Assembly (NCBI GenBank): GCA_036172245.1
Contig: JAYWIR010000004.1
Location: 2,604,001-2,668,000, forward strand
DNA length: 64,000 bases
Origin: Raillietiella orientalis
Lineage: Eukaryota
Direction: 5' to 3'
Under the pieces are notes generated by a model that saw only the letters and a list, made by a program, of their open reading frames with translations, was not told the DNA's origin and did not search any database. Both the position numbers and the translations under genes were made by a program. Shown here piece after piece: positions 10,801 through 23,948 of this stretch; positions within the stretch are counted from its first letter, which is position 1, and every line of letters begins with the position of its first letter.

Positions 10801-13800
10801 TCCTCTAGAAGATAAATAGATCTCGAAATGGACACAGAGTTGTTTCCTTTCGATTATTTCATGGTTTTCGGACTTGAGACTCTTTACCTCTGAGAAATTT
10901 CGTTGCTCGATTTTGCCACTTTTCCCATTTAAATCACCAGCGGTCTCATCCGTGGGTGATATCTCGATGTCCTTCATTTCCGGATTAATGTTTCTTTTTC
11001 CATGTTCCCATTATCTGTTAAACTTTAAACTTTCCACGGTTCAAAGCTTCCTTTCCAAAAAATTTGTTCCCTTTCTTTACCACCTTATCATCGATGTTAG
11101 GCAATGGCTGGTGAAAGTTCTTCCCAGGCAAACGCTTTTTTCCAGTTTTTGGTTTATATTAAAGATCCCATTGTAGGTGACATCTAATCAGAAAAGCATA
11201 AAAGACCAGAAATCACTATCCCGTTCTGCCTTTCATCTCTTGAAAGTGATTTTGTTTAGACAAAGAAGCTGTAGTAATTCCAGATCATTGTCAAGAACAT
11301 GTTACATATTGTGTCTAGAATCATTTGTGATGAAAATCGCATACTTGATTATTTTTTTTATTTTATTCTGTAGGTGAAATATGCGGAAATGCGGGAAATT
11401 CACCATCCTGCAATTTCCCCATGGGACAACGCGAAATCGCTTTACGTGGCTTTTGCTTGGGACTCCCGGTAGTTCCTACAACTGGGAAAACTTGCTGAAA
11501 TCGGGAATGTTCCATTTACTTTGCCGAGATCGCAGTGCTTGAGACGACAGATGATTGCAAAGAATGGAAATTCCTCCCGTTTCATTATTCAAATTATTCA
11601 AATGACCGAGATTGATTTTGCCACCCTGCTAAAGGAAACAAACGATGCTTGGTCCGCTTCAAGATTCGTATTGCAATAAACCTTGGGAACAAATGGTTTC
11701 TTGAGCTATTTACTTTTGGCAATTTTCAAAAAAAATTTTTTTTTCTATTTCTCCCGTGGAATTATATATGAAAGGATGTATATATATATTCCACACTAAA
11801 ATATATAAGCTTTGAATGCTTGAATCTCTTAAACCAATAAACCAAGGAAACCTCTTACCAAGGAAACGCAGAGCTGAATCAGATGTCGATTTTTCCGATT
11901 TTTTATTTTTAAGTTTCTCCATCAGCGCCATATTTTGGAGGCGTAAGAGTGTTTCTTGAATTTTTTTTTTTTATTTACCATGAAACCCGCCACTTAGAGC
12001 AAGAGGAATTGCCTTGTTTGCAAATTTACAAAATTCTCAATCCACAAATATTTTGCTATTGTGTAGTCTCAAAGGAAACCGCTTTTCGAAGGACTGGGAA
12101 TCGCACTATAAAAATAATAAGGACATGGTTTGCCATTTTTATTACTCTTATTCTGTCATTTCTAGTTGCGTTTATTTTTTCAGCTATTTTATCAGTTTGC
12201 AGATTTTGCAGAAAATTGGCAACATGAAAGGAAACAGACAGCATGTGCTCATTTAAAGATAATAAATTCGGATGAATAATTTACATGCACCTAATATTAT
12301 TCTCAAAAGACTGGGAAACTGGAAAGCTTGTTTCGATTGCATTTGCTTCAGCAAAGGAAGACGGAAGGATCTTAATTCAGATTCAGGAGTCTCATTAGTC
12401 CACTAACCTCATCTGTGAAGTTGGAGTTAGAAATAGAGCAAGCAGAAATCTAGTCGCTTTAATTACCTTCCTCAGACAGATAGTTTAAAGTATAGGCATA
12501 TTACAACTGTATTAGCTAAGTATGTGTTTACGTCCCTTTATATGGGAAACCTAATATGGGACGTTAGGTAAAGCAAGTCCCCCCCCCCCAAAAAATTAAA
12601 CTTTAAAAAAAATAAAATGAAATTAAACAAACAAACAAAGAGCAGAGAAAACCATATCATTAGACGAAAAATATCTTTTTTTGAGTGGTCATCATGTTAT
12701 TCCGAGTATGCAACTCCGTCAAATGTTCTCGGTGTTCCGAAATAAAAGCATACTCCGCAGAGGAAGCATCCGCACATCCATAATTGTAATGGCTTAAGCT
12801 GGACATGGCTGAGGCAATGAAATCCATATTCCTTTGTTTTGAAGTAGATCGGATACAAACATATCGAGAAATGCCACTCTTGTATTGGCAAGCGCGCAAG
12901 AGGAATGGCCAGTTCATTGACATGCAGTGGTACCAAGTTAGCGTACGGACTGGGTTGAAAATCGAATCAAGTTGAAGAAGAGCAAACTGAGTAAAGGCTA
13001 CGACGAAAATTAAGAAAGAAAGATCATCGTTTTAAGCATTATGGGCAAGTCAATCAAATTGGATTAAATTTCGAACGTTTTCATTCAAGACTATGGAAGA
13101 ATTCAAGAGATGCCAGAACACAAGACTAGGCATGCCAAAAAAATGAAGAAATAAAGATACATGTATTGAAAGAGCAGCTGATAAATTTTGCAAATTTTAC
13201 ACAGAGGAATGACAATTGCAAAGAGAATGTGTGCGTGCATTCTTACTTTAAAATAATAAATTAAAACCTGCATTGAAAAATGCATACATAGGCACAGGGC
13301 GCACATTGAATTTCAGATCACAAGAACTTAATCCTAGAGAATTTTGTCCTGGAATTTGGGGGGAAGTTCGGGTCCACAGAAATTGGGGAGCTAGAATCTT
13401 ATTTTGTACATTATGTTTTAAAAAGAATTCCTTTTCCCCCTAAGGAATATTTAAGATTAAGATCTGATTCCATACTGTAGATGTGTGAGGTACATCTTTC
13501 TAATCCAGTAATAAAAAAAAAGACACTTTCGTATGCCATCATAAGTGAAATTCATGGACATTCTTGCATAACACTAATAATAACACGATGATCTGCAGCA
13601 TTCAGGCGTTGGCAGTGTAAAGGAAACATCTGTTAATATCAAGCATTTCTAAATAGCACTGAAGATACATTGAAATTTCCATATCATTTCACTGACATGA
13701 AATGATACGGAATTTTCTTACAATTTTCGTTGGAACCATTGGTGGAATGTTTCTTCTAAACACAAATGCTGAGCGCTCATTGCAACTAAAATGTCATAAA

Positions 13801-15379
13801 TTCATAACATGCGGTTTTCATATTATCATTCTTGAAAAGGGATGATGTGTCCAAAAAGAATAATTTATTTGAAAACATCGGTAGAACTTACATCTGAAAG
13901 AATATGTGATTATTTGTATCTTGGTTTGTTTTGTTTTTTCTTTCCTTTTTCTTTTTCGCGCGAGACTATTATCAACTAGTCAGATTCTTATTTTTTTTTT
14001 TTTTCATTAATTCAATGTACATGTATTATTTAGATTTTTACGAAATAATGTAACATTAATTCTTGTTTTTATCTGTTTGTTATCCATTTTCACCCTCAGA
14101 TGATTCATCAGATGCTGTAAACTTTAGCTGATATCATCTATATCAGTTAGAGATTACCCAGAATAGAAAGCAATGAAGAATGAAAAATGAAGAGATATTT
14201 ATTGCTATTTTCTCCTCAATAGATTAAATTTATTCAATCCTATTCATTTATAACAATTCCATTTTCAATCATGTCAAGAATAAACGAATAATTGCATAAG
14301 AAAAACAAGACAAACTGAACAATATTTTGGGATGAATTGCACTAAGCAAGGCCTTTAAAACTGAACTAAAACTGAAAGGAAATGCATTTGGAAATCCATT
14401 ATGGAAGCAAATTTTCTTTCCTCCCATGTCTCTACGTAGTAATTTCTCTCTCTTGATTTGTTCCTCTTGGGTACAATGCTTAAATTCGAGGCATTTTTTT
14501 TTTTTTTAAAAAAAAAAAACGACTAAATGTTTGCACTGTTTTGAAGAATAGTCTCTAAGTATTTGAACTCCATTACACGAATAATTATTTTGTCATGCTG
14601 TCACTACTAGGAATCAAATAAAAACTAAAACCAATATAGCATATATAAAGACTATGTATGATGCAGGTAATAATCACGAAAATAGCGCATTTAGGTTAGA
14701 TTGCAGCACATAATCTCTGGTTTTATCGGTTCGAAAATACACAAATTGAAAGTTTGAAAAACGATTGGAGCTTTTTGGAAAATTCATCTGCAGCTGCAAG
14801 ATTCGTTCCTTTGAATAGTGTTTTTGAGCATCGTTCTTGCATTTTACTTAGGATTTTAAAGTAAAGTGGCTTGTATAATTGACAGAAATTATAATAGAGA
14901 GCATGGCCAAGTATAAACAATAATGGATGTAGAATTTTTTTAATTAATCTTCCACATGTTAAACATAATTAAAACAGGAATTTGTGCTGTGTTCAATGAT
15001 CAAGCTATTCACGGTTTCAAACCTAAAGTTCAATTATTAGAAAATAAAATGTACCTTGAAATAGCATGAATCATTCGTAAGTTTTGAAAGCAAATTCAGA
15101 TTTCTCTGTAGCCGCATTTCTTCTTAATCATTCGTTGTTTTGAATCCTTGCATTTTGTCATTCTGCTATTTCATAAACTATTATTTGCTACTGATTAGGA
15201 GTATCGTGGCATATGTATTATATAAAAGTAATTTCATCAGTTGCTGAGATAGCACAGCTGCAAACGGTATGAGCAAATTCTAAAGTTGGAAGAATTCTTT
15301 TGTGCCTAAGAGAAGAAATAAGGAACACAAATGATCACATTTTAGGAGTCTAGTTATTGGGATATTGCTTCATATGAAG

Positions 15380-15725
15380 TGTCTACGTATTTCTAGTTAG
15401 GAAGTATTCAAATTTCTTCGATATGAAAGTGAAAAAAAATATATTAATTCAATCCCTTAGATGTTACATCTAGAGAATTAAATCAGTATATTTTTTTAAT
15501 TAATATATCGCTCATGTCATTAATGAGCTACTTTCTGCAGTTTACGAGTGACTTGCATTTGAAAGGTTGAAATTTTCGGGCAAAATCCGACACAACCAAT
15601 TCCGTGCAGTTTTTCCCGGAACACAGATCCGGGAAAAACTTAAATCTAGAGAATTAAATTAATGTGTTTTTTTCACTTTCAACTAGAAGAAATTCGAATA
15701 CTTTATAACTAGAAATATGTAGACA
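15380..15725. mobile_element. Foldback/MITE-like element with imperfect terminal inverted repeats of about 83 bp
   Basis: 15380-15463 (TGTCTACGTATTTCTAGTTAGGAAGTATTCAAATTTCTTC...TAGAT) is the imperfect reverse complement of 15643-15725 (ATCTAGAG...GAAGAAATTCGAATACTTTATAACTAGAAATATGTAGACA). It has no ORF and no clear target-site duplication. Confidence 0.65.
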
Positions 15726-18700
15726 TCCAAAGCAGACATGAATGCAATTGAACATAAAATGATGGAATATGGCATATCCCTATGAGAATTAAAGAATCAT
15801 TAATGATTGCGCTTGACGTTTTATTCCTTTGAAACGACTGATGATATGAAAAATGTAATTCCCAAATTATTGTAAATTTTCTCACCGCATAGTATCTATA
15901 TACAGCAGGCTAAGGAATCTCCAACTGTAAAATCATTTTTATTCAAAACACTTTTTCGTTCAGAATGGATTGAATTCTTTTCGAAAAAGTGTATTTTTTT
16001 TACAGCCTGCAAATATAAGTACTAATATTGCTTTTTAAGTCGTGGTTTACAATTTTCGTTTCTGATAATAGGGGAATTCTGTAGAGTTTAGCATTCATTT
16101 TGAATGGTATTCGGCTTCAAAGAGAATGATTGTTGTAAACTTAAGTGATAGGATAATTTTTTAAGCAACATACAGAATTCTATTATAAAAAATGAAAATT
16201 TGCTGATGTAAGTAACAGGAAAGCAGCTCGGTATTATTTCATATAATTTTTGTTTTTAATGGTTTTACTGTTTGCTGAAGCACGTTTTTGTACGATTGTG
16301 TTGTATTAGCGGTTATTAATGTTCAACATCGGTAGGATGCAAATGTATAAGTTTCGAAGTAAATGAAAGAAAAGTGTAACAATTGTAAGATAAGAATCGA
16401 AAAATGCCATTAATTTAAAAACCAATGGTGATGCTTAAAAGGCCTGCATACGAAAACTAAATTAACGGAGTTTACTGTTTAAGTAATTAAACAATTTCAT
16501 GTGTGTAGACTAAGGTGTTCTTTAATGGAGCTTGTGGACATTTGAAGGCCGTAGCCTTTATTTAATGTTTGCAAGTTGTGTGCGTGATAGATTGTAGCAT
16601 CTTTATCATTTTTAACATTGCAACATCATTCTAAAGCCGAAAGTCTGTTAATAAATTTTAATTAATGATGTTTTTTCTACTTGTTAATGTTACAATTCAA
16701 ATCGAAAGCCGAAGAAATCAAAGGCGAAGAAGAAATGGAACCTTAATCATTCATTGATTCTAAAGTTTACTTCAATTTTTCCAGAATTTGTTGTTTGGAT
16801 CTCAGTGTTACATGTGTACTAGTTCCCAGTTATTTAGCACTATCATATGGTTAACTTTGGAGTTCTTATTGTTTTGCAGTCAAAAATATCAAATTTTGAA
16901 TTATTTTGGAAGAAGCTGTCAAAAAGAAACTTTTAAGCAGTTTCTTTTTGACATGTTCTCTAATAATTTGATCTGGCAGTCTTCTAACAGTTGCTGGCTT
17001 CTTTAATACTGTTTACTCTTAAATTTTGTCATTATCATATAAACATGTTGATACAAATCAGGTTCAAACTACTTCAGCTATATTAATGATTATGTAACAT
17101 AGGCTGCAATCTTTGAAAGTCAAAGGTACTAGTCCTAATATGTCCATTATTAGCATTAGTATTTTGGCATCTTTATTAGCATATTTATTAGGCATACTGA
17201 TTATTTGGCATATTTATTAGCATCAATCCAACTCAATTGTGTAATATATAATCTGGTGGCATTAATGAATGCAGTTGTGGAGTTTTAGAAAGTCTTCATC
17301 TATTCTCATTATAATAAAAATGAAAATATAATTGCACTGATGCATTGTTTTGAAGTTTCTCGAACTTTGTAGAAAATATAAAGTCTTAAAAAATGTTAGA
17401 GGGAGAAAGGAGTAGAGTTAGCAACTTGCATGCATTTTAAAAATGTGAGACTGGTACAATGAATATCAAATATTCACTATTTGTTATTCAGACTTGTCAG
17501 TAATTCAGGACTTAGCTGGAAAATGCGATGATTTGGTTTTCTTTGGAATCTAATATACCCAGATTATGGCTTGCTGCAATGAAAGAGAAATGAGAAACAG
17601 TCAAATCATAAAGTCTCCAAAGAATTTAAAATGAAGTGAGCCAGTGCATTCTTGGTTTTATTGTGATGGAAGGCTGTAGAAAATGGATTAGTTTGTATTT
17701 TTAAGAATTCACTTTCAAATCATGCAAGCCAAAAAGATTTTATTGCAAAGGAAGGAAAGAATGTCAACAGAACAAAACATGTTTGGAGAAAAAAGTAAGA
17801 AATGTTGTCACAGAAAATGTATGAAAGATATGTATTAAACAAAGTAATCAAAGAATGATATTCAGTATAATATAATCTTACATCACTTAGTTTAATATCA
17901 TCAACTGAGATTTTAATTTATGCTTTTTTAAGGCTGCTTAGGGAAGCCATTGAACAATTGCAAATGGCATCATTCATTTGATACAAGTTTGTACCCTGAC
18001 TGTTGAATGAAACATTTTTGGATCACAATCACAAACCTGAAAAGCAAGTTGGTTTCACAGGTTTCCAGAAATCTATACATGTCATGACTGAGTTCTAATG
18101 TGCAATTCCATATGCATTATAGCACTCCATCAAAAGAATCTTTTTAAAAAAATTTTGGTTATATTACAACTCATATTTATTGCAGGATGTTAATTTGATT
18201 TCATTTACAAATTTAGAATTTGTTATCAATGACATTCAGGTTTGTTTGAATTCGCATTTTAAATCCATTTTTGCAGTCATTCTTTGTATAAATTACACAT
18301 TTGTAATGCTTTTTTTGGGTGCATTACAACTATTTGATAGAATTCTTAATTCATTATAGCATACATCACTTTTTGTCATGAGTTCATTTTTCCACTGAGC
18401 TTCTAATGAAATTTAGTTAATCATTTACATTCAAGTGTAGGTTTTATGTATTTTCTGTAATCAACCTTGAACAATTGGGTATGCCTAATTTGTAATGTTA
18501 TGTTTTTTTTGATTTATACGAGGTACATAAACCTTAAAAATGTTCCATTTTATAGCAATAGACTAGCATGAAATCCGCATTCATGCATCCTTTGTGGCTC
18601 GTATTATTGTTTGTATTTTTCTCATTCTTCAAAAGCTTGGATTATAAGCCATCTTGGGATAGTTAAGGCAGGTCTCCTTCATTATTTTTCTTAGTATGCA

Positions 18701-19263
18701 CTGGATTATTCATCGAAAATTATTCTCTTCTACTCAGCAATCTTCAAAAGAAATGCTTTTGGTACAGTTTCATTTTGGAGCATAGTGGAGTATTTTTTTT
18801 TTTTTTTACTCTGTGTGTTATGTGAGGATTTATCAGTGTTTGTGGTTCTTCATGAAGCATCTAATTATGTGTTTTTTTTTTAAAGCCTTAATTTCATTGT
18901 GTATAGTTTTTTGTTCAGAAATTTGAAATACTTTTAAAATGTTGTTCTGTGAAAGCAAATGTAATTGGTTCTTTGATGTTGCTGATGAAGACAGACTATA
19001 ATTAATCGAAATAATAAAGAAACAATATTGTTTGATGATACATATAAAAAATCTGGTGAATTTTGAGTAAAATTTGAAATCTAAAAATTTAAACCAAATT
19101 TCGTTTGCAGTTTCAAAGGTTTCCCAATTTTTAACCACGTCTTGCAGTTTTTAAAAGTTTAAGGAACATCAAAGTTTGAAAAGGTATATAGCCATAGCCA
19201 TTGAATTGAAATATATTCATTGTTATTTTTCCATCTTTTTTTTTTTTTCTAGAAATCGCAGGT

Positions 19264-20325
19264 ATGGACTGTAATGAGCAGATATTGAATGTATCTCGAA
19301 TTACTCCAGCAGATTTAATATGTAATGGTGTAGACATAACAAAACTAACTGATGATGAGTTATTCAATGTTTTGGTTAAATATAATGTAGATGTGGGACC
19401 AGTTGTAGGTAAATACTTGATTTCCATTCATGCTTGTTTTAATGCTTTGTCCCTTTATAAAGAAAGTACTCGAAAATTTTATGAAAAGAAATTGGCGGTT
19501 ATTCTGAAAGCTAATGAGATTACCACAGCATATTCTGAGCACTCTTTCCATGGTATAGGATCAGAGGCTCCTATATCGCAATCTAATAAATTTAGTTTAA
19601 ACTTTGATAAAAATTCTCAAGGAATTGAATCAGTTTACGATCATAAGCCCACTTCATTCATGCAAGAATTGGAACAGAAATCAGGTTAAAGGCCATTTTC
19701 TGTGCATTATGTGGGAGCACGTGACTGTTCACGTCCTTTGTTTTTGTACCGTTTATAATGGTTATTTTTGCATAGGTTTACAACATCAGGAAAAGTTCAG
19801 AACCATTAGTACACACAACAAAGTGAATTTGAAGACTCCCAACAAAGATTCGTCACAGCATGCTATGTTTAAACCTCATCATTCAGAAGGATGGTTCTTG
19901 GATCGAGAGTATACTCCAAGTGCTAGACGCTCCATTTTAGGCAGATCACATCTCTCCAAAGATGCCATAAACATGCAAAAGTAAGATGAAAGAGCTTCAT
20001 CCAAAAATAATGGAAAGTAGATACCCAGACCGTCAGAAGTACTATCAGCTAAATAATGAAGTGTACTGCTCTAAAGTCATTCAGGCTCAAAAAGTATCCT
20101 CATTCCCCTATTTCCGTTGTATTATTTTGTTATTTTTGCTTGCTTTGTTAGTATTTGGATGTTTTCTAGCATTTAAGGTAAGTCTTTATGTTTGAGGCGA
20201 TGATAAAACCTATTGTGATTCAGCACAACACTGTTTGGAAAGATCACTCTAATGCTAATGATATAGAGGAGTCAGTTGCGCAGTTTCTAGATGATGAGGA
20301 AACGAAAAGTAGGAGTGATTTATGA
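19264..20325 (+). CDS. LEM-domain inner nuclear membrane protein (emerin/LAP2beta-like architecture: N-terminal LEM, C-terminal TM), about 276 aa
   Basis: Exons 19264-19408, 19463-19684, 19776-19980, 20021-20177 and 20224-20325, with GT-AG introns of 54, 91, 40 and 46 nt, give one open frame. The spliced LEM motif is DITKLTDDELFNVLVKYNVDVGPVVESTRKFYEKKL and the TM helix is CIILLFLLALLVFGCFLAF. An acceptor at 19251-19252 implies an upstream exon or trans-splice site. Confidence 0.85.
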
Positions 20326-20546
20326 TTTTCAAGTATTTGTCTCTACTAAACTCATTTGAGTTTTCAATTATAAGAGACTTACTTTTGCATAGAGCAAATT
20401 TTGTCATTTGGGGATAGTAGCAATGGGAATTGCTTTTTATGGCACAGGGTGGTGGGCTGAAATTTGCTGGTTATCATCAGTTTTGTGTTTCAGTGCTCGG
20501 TATCAATTATGCTTTTTAGACTAGTAGCCATAGACATAGCCATACT

Positions 20547-22973
20547 ATGAGTTTTCCTTTCAGTCACAAGACTGTTTTTGTGCTTGATCATGGAGCTAAG
20601 CTGCGACAGTCTTGTGACCATCCTATCGAATTTGATGCTTTGTCTAAACCTAAAGGTTCTGGGTTTATTCCACTGCTCCCAGTGTCAAAGTCTTTATGGA
20701 CTTGTGCTGTAGAATCAGCTCTTGAATACTGTCGTATCGTGTGGGATATCTTTCCTGAAGGAAACTTGGTATGCACTCCTTTGTTATGTGTTCCATACAG
20801 ACACTTTATAGATACGTTTTCTTACATCTGATGTGAGAGCGAGGTCTTTAAATACATGGGAATCTTCTACGCAGAACTGTTCCTATGTAAGTACATGTAC
20901 AAAGTAAGCATTTCATATCTGGTTTGTGACTGTAGCTCCTATCTTCTTTGTCACAATTGGGACCACCAACTGCTGCTAAAGAGGAATCGAATATTCTGAT
21001 GGGATTGAAAGCTGCTCTTGAAGTGTTGAGTGAGTGCTCAGATATTCAATTGGATAAACGCAATGCAGGTGCTGAAAGTGGCATCAGAGTAAGTATAAAA
21101 AGATATCTTACCATCTGATGTGATTTTGCAGCTGGTGAATCGAGGGAGAATTATTTGTGTGACTTCACTGAAAGATGAAAACCATTTCAAAAAAATTCGA
21201 GACTTCTTTGCTGAAACGCAAATTTCCCACAATAAAATTGCTTCAGACTCAGACATGTGAGTGTAGCTGGGCACAAGACAGCATGCCAGTCCATAGGCTA
21301 ATTCCAATCCATCAGTGTGAACTACTTATCATCCATATTTCCCCAAATAGTGAAGAATCCCCGATTATGAGTCAACCCAAGCAAGAGGTAATTTATTAGA
21401 TGAAAAAATGGAAACTTTCATTGTAAACAGGTGTCCTCTCTGTTCAGTTTGGAGTTAATGTCGGTGAAAGCTGGATTGTTTTTAGCCAGCAAACTTACAA
21501 GTTTGGTGCTTAGAAATTATTCTTTAGCTTCCACAACTGTGACTGGCATTCCTATGAAGGAGGAACAGAATGCAGGATCATCTGCCAATTATGATGTTGA
21601 GTTATTCCACCCAATGCAAGTGCATGCCATGGTTCTGACAGGTTTGTTGCAGTAAGAAAAAGGTAAAACTTATATGGACTCACTAGATATGGAAGAAGAA
21701 ATCGGACATGTTCGTACACGCAAGGAAGGTGCAGAATATGACACCATTACTTTGAAATGGTGTACTCCTCGTACAAGTGCAAATGACTTATGCCATTGCA
21801 CCACAGCACACCGACTTACAACTGTAGATGTTAATAGGTGGGTTTAGCATTTACGGAGTATAAGTAATTTTTTTTTAGTCGCCCCTCGTCTTGTTTGACA
21901 AATTTTCTTTTGAGTGGACGTGCTGTTATGCTAGAAATGCCACGTTGTGGAGGTGGCAAAGTGTTGTCTCACATGTTAGCTGCTCACAATGGAGAAATAT
22001 TCATTCATTCTCTCCTTACAGGCCGAAGCATTCTAGAAGATCCTCCATCAATAAGTGAGGGTTTTGGAGGCCGAGTCACAGACTATCGAATCAGTGTAAG
22101 TCTTTTCACTTGTTAGTGTAAGTTTATTTTCTTCAGGACTTTTGTGACTTAATGAGAGACAATGTGTTGGTTCCCTGGCCTTTGTCTGTGGAATCAGATT
22201 GTTCTCCCATTGAAAAAGCAAAAAGTCGCCTTCATAGATATACTGCATATTGGCCTTTGACTTTATCCAGTACATATATTTATCACTTGAAACCTGTGAG
22301 TAGCTGACAGGCTGTATGACATAACGGAGTATTTGGACAGCATCTGGATCCATTGTCCAGTTTACTTATCAAAGATGAGCTAAGTGATTCAGATCTACTG
22401 ACATGCAAGCAAGTCTTGTACAATTTGGTGCTTCTGGAAACGAAAAATGAGTTGACAAGTTTCCTGCCTTCAGGCATGCGCAACAAAAGTGTTGCTAGGT
22501 AGAGTTATGCCCATTATATGCTACAAAATTGAATCTCAAGTAGAGAAGACTTACTCAAGTTGATTTGGCATGAATTGGAGAAACTGATTCGAGAACATCA
22601 CCGTTCAGATTCTCACCAGCGTCTACTAGATTGCTTATCTGAACTGAGAGAAAAGAATGAGGATAAAAAGAATCAGCAAGTGATGGAAAAAGACAAGTAA
22701 TAAGCTACTGTTAGTTTGAACAATTTAAGTCCAATTTTCAGGAACCAAACTGAAATCCAGGATTCTCCTCTGTCACCTGATCCAATCCCAGTCAAAAAAC
22801 CTTGTTTCGATAAACTTGGGCTTAGTGAGCAGAGTCTTTTGAGTGTTTGCATAAGTCGCATGGAAGCAGAGACTTCCAAAAGACGTGTGCAATTTGTAGG
22901 GCGCATTAAAGGGGCTACTCTTTATGCTAACATGCAAAAAGATGAAGAGATATCCAAAGATGTAAGAGAATGA
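20547..22973 (+). CDS. INTS13: Integrator complex subunit 13 (asunder), about 648 aa, 12 exons
   Basis: Exons 20547-20768, 20812-20886, 20936-21088, 21132-21256, 21297-21387, 21431-21641, 21687-21837, 21879-22095, 22137-22295, 22341-22498, 22544-22696 and 22742-22973 splice into one frame. Hallmark motifs: [117 protein letters not shown] at 22991. Confidence 0.96.
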
Positions 22974-23863
22974 GCGTTTTTTATCCAGAAAATAAATTCA
23001 CGTATCAAAAGGATGCAGCTCAAGATCAGTGGGTATTTGTCATACGCTATGGAAATATTTTATTGTTTTGTGAGGGCCAGCAGTTCTTTCTGCCGAAACT
23101 TGTATTAATGAGTGTGGGAAGTAGTGATTTACCAACAGGGGAAGCCCAAAGTTGTCAGCAACATGACTGTAGTCTTGCAAGCCCCAATGCGTCTGCGGGA
23201 TTTATGGCATATTACATGCTGGTCTTTCATGCATGAGAGAGTAACCTCATATGTGCATACCAGTTTCCATATTGTAGAGTTAAATTATGCCCTTGAACCC
23301 AATTCTGTTCCAATTAATTCTTTCAAAAACCTAGTTGAGCATCAAATCACGACTAACACGAACAGTGTGCTTTATTTTAAGTTCTGAAATGCGATACGAC
23401 CGGAAATTCAGGTCTAATTTGCAGAAATAAAACGGTGGGATTATACCGTACCAACGGGTACCCTTGATGCACATATACTTTCGTTTATGGGGAAATCCGT
23501 CATGCACCTTATGAAAACACTGCGAAACATAAGTGCATGCACACATATGGGTAAGTCGACAGCTCTCAGCCCAAACTGGTCGGTCAGTAATGCGGCCGGT
23601 GCGGAAGATTGGGGCGAAGATGTGCAACCATCGATGGACCGCCCGTTTTCGTGCTGTGCTCCAATTCCGACACATCTACTTTGAACCACTTTCAAGCCTC
23701 GCGATTCTTCAGGTAGAACTGGTAATTCCTACGTACGGCAAGAATCACATTTGATCGGGAAGTCTGTAGCATGAAACACGGATAACAACGAGCACCGATT
23801 GCATTCCAGGCGGACATGGTGTGCGAAACAACGTCACCGTCTGGCGCCACAACTCTTGAGGAG

Positions 23864-23896
<33 letters not shown>
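23864..23896. repeat. (TGC)11 trinucleotide microsatellite
   Basis: Read directly from the sequence. Confidence 0.9.
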
Positions 23897-23948
23897 AAGC
23901 CATGTCCCCCTCGCGCATGTCATGAATAAGCTGCTTGCTGTGGCGCAC

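Noticed and set aside
20311..20325. LEM protein C-terminus RSDL as a KDEL-like ER retrieval signal
   Set aside because: It does not fit the xDEL/xxEL consensus.
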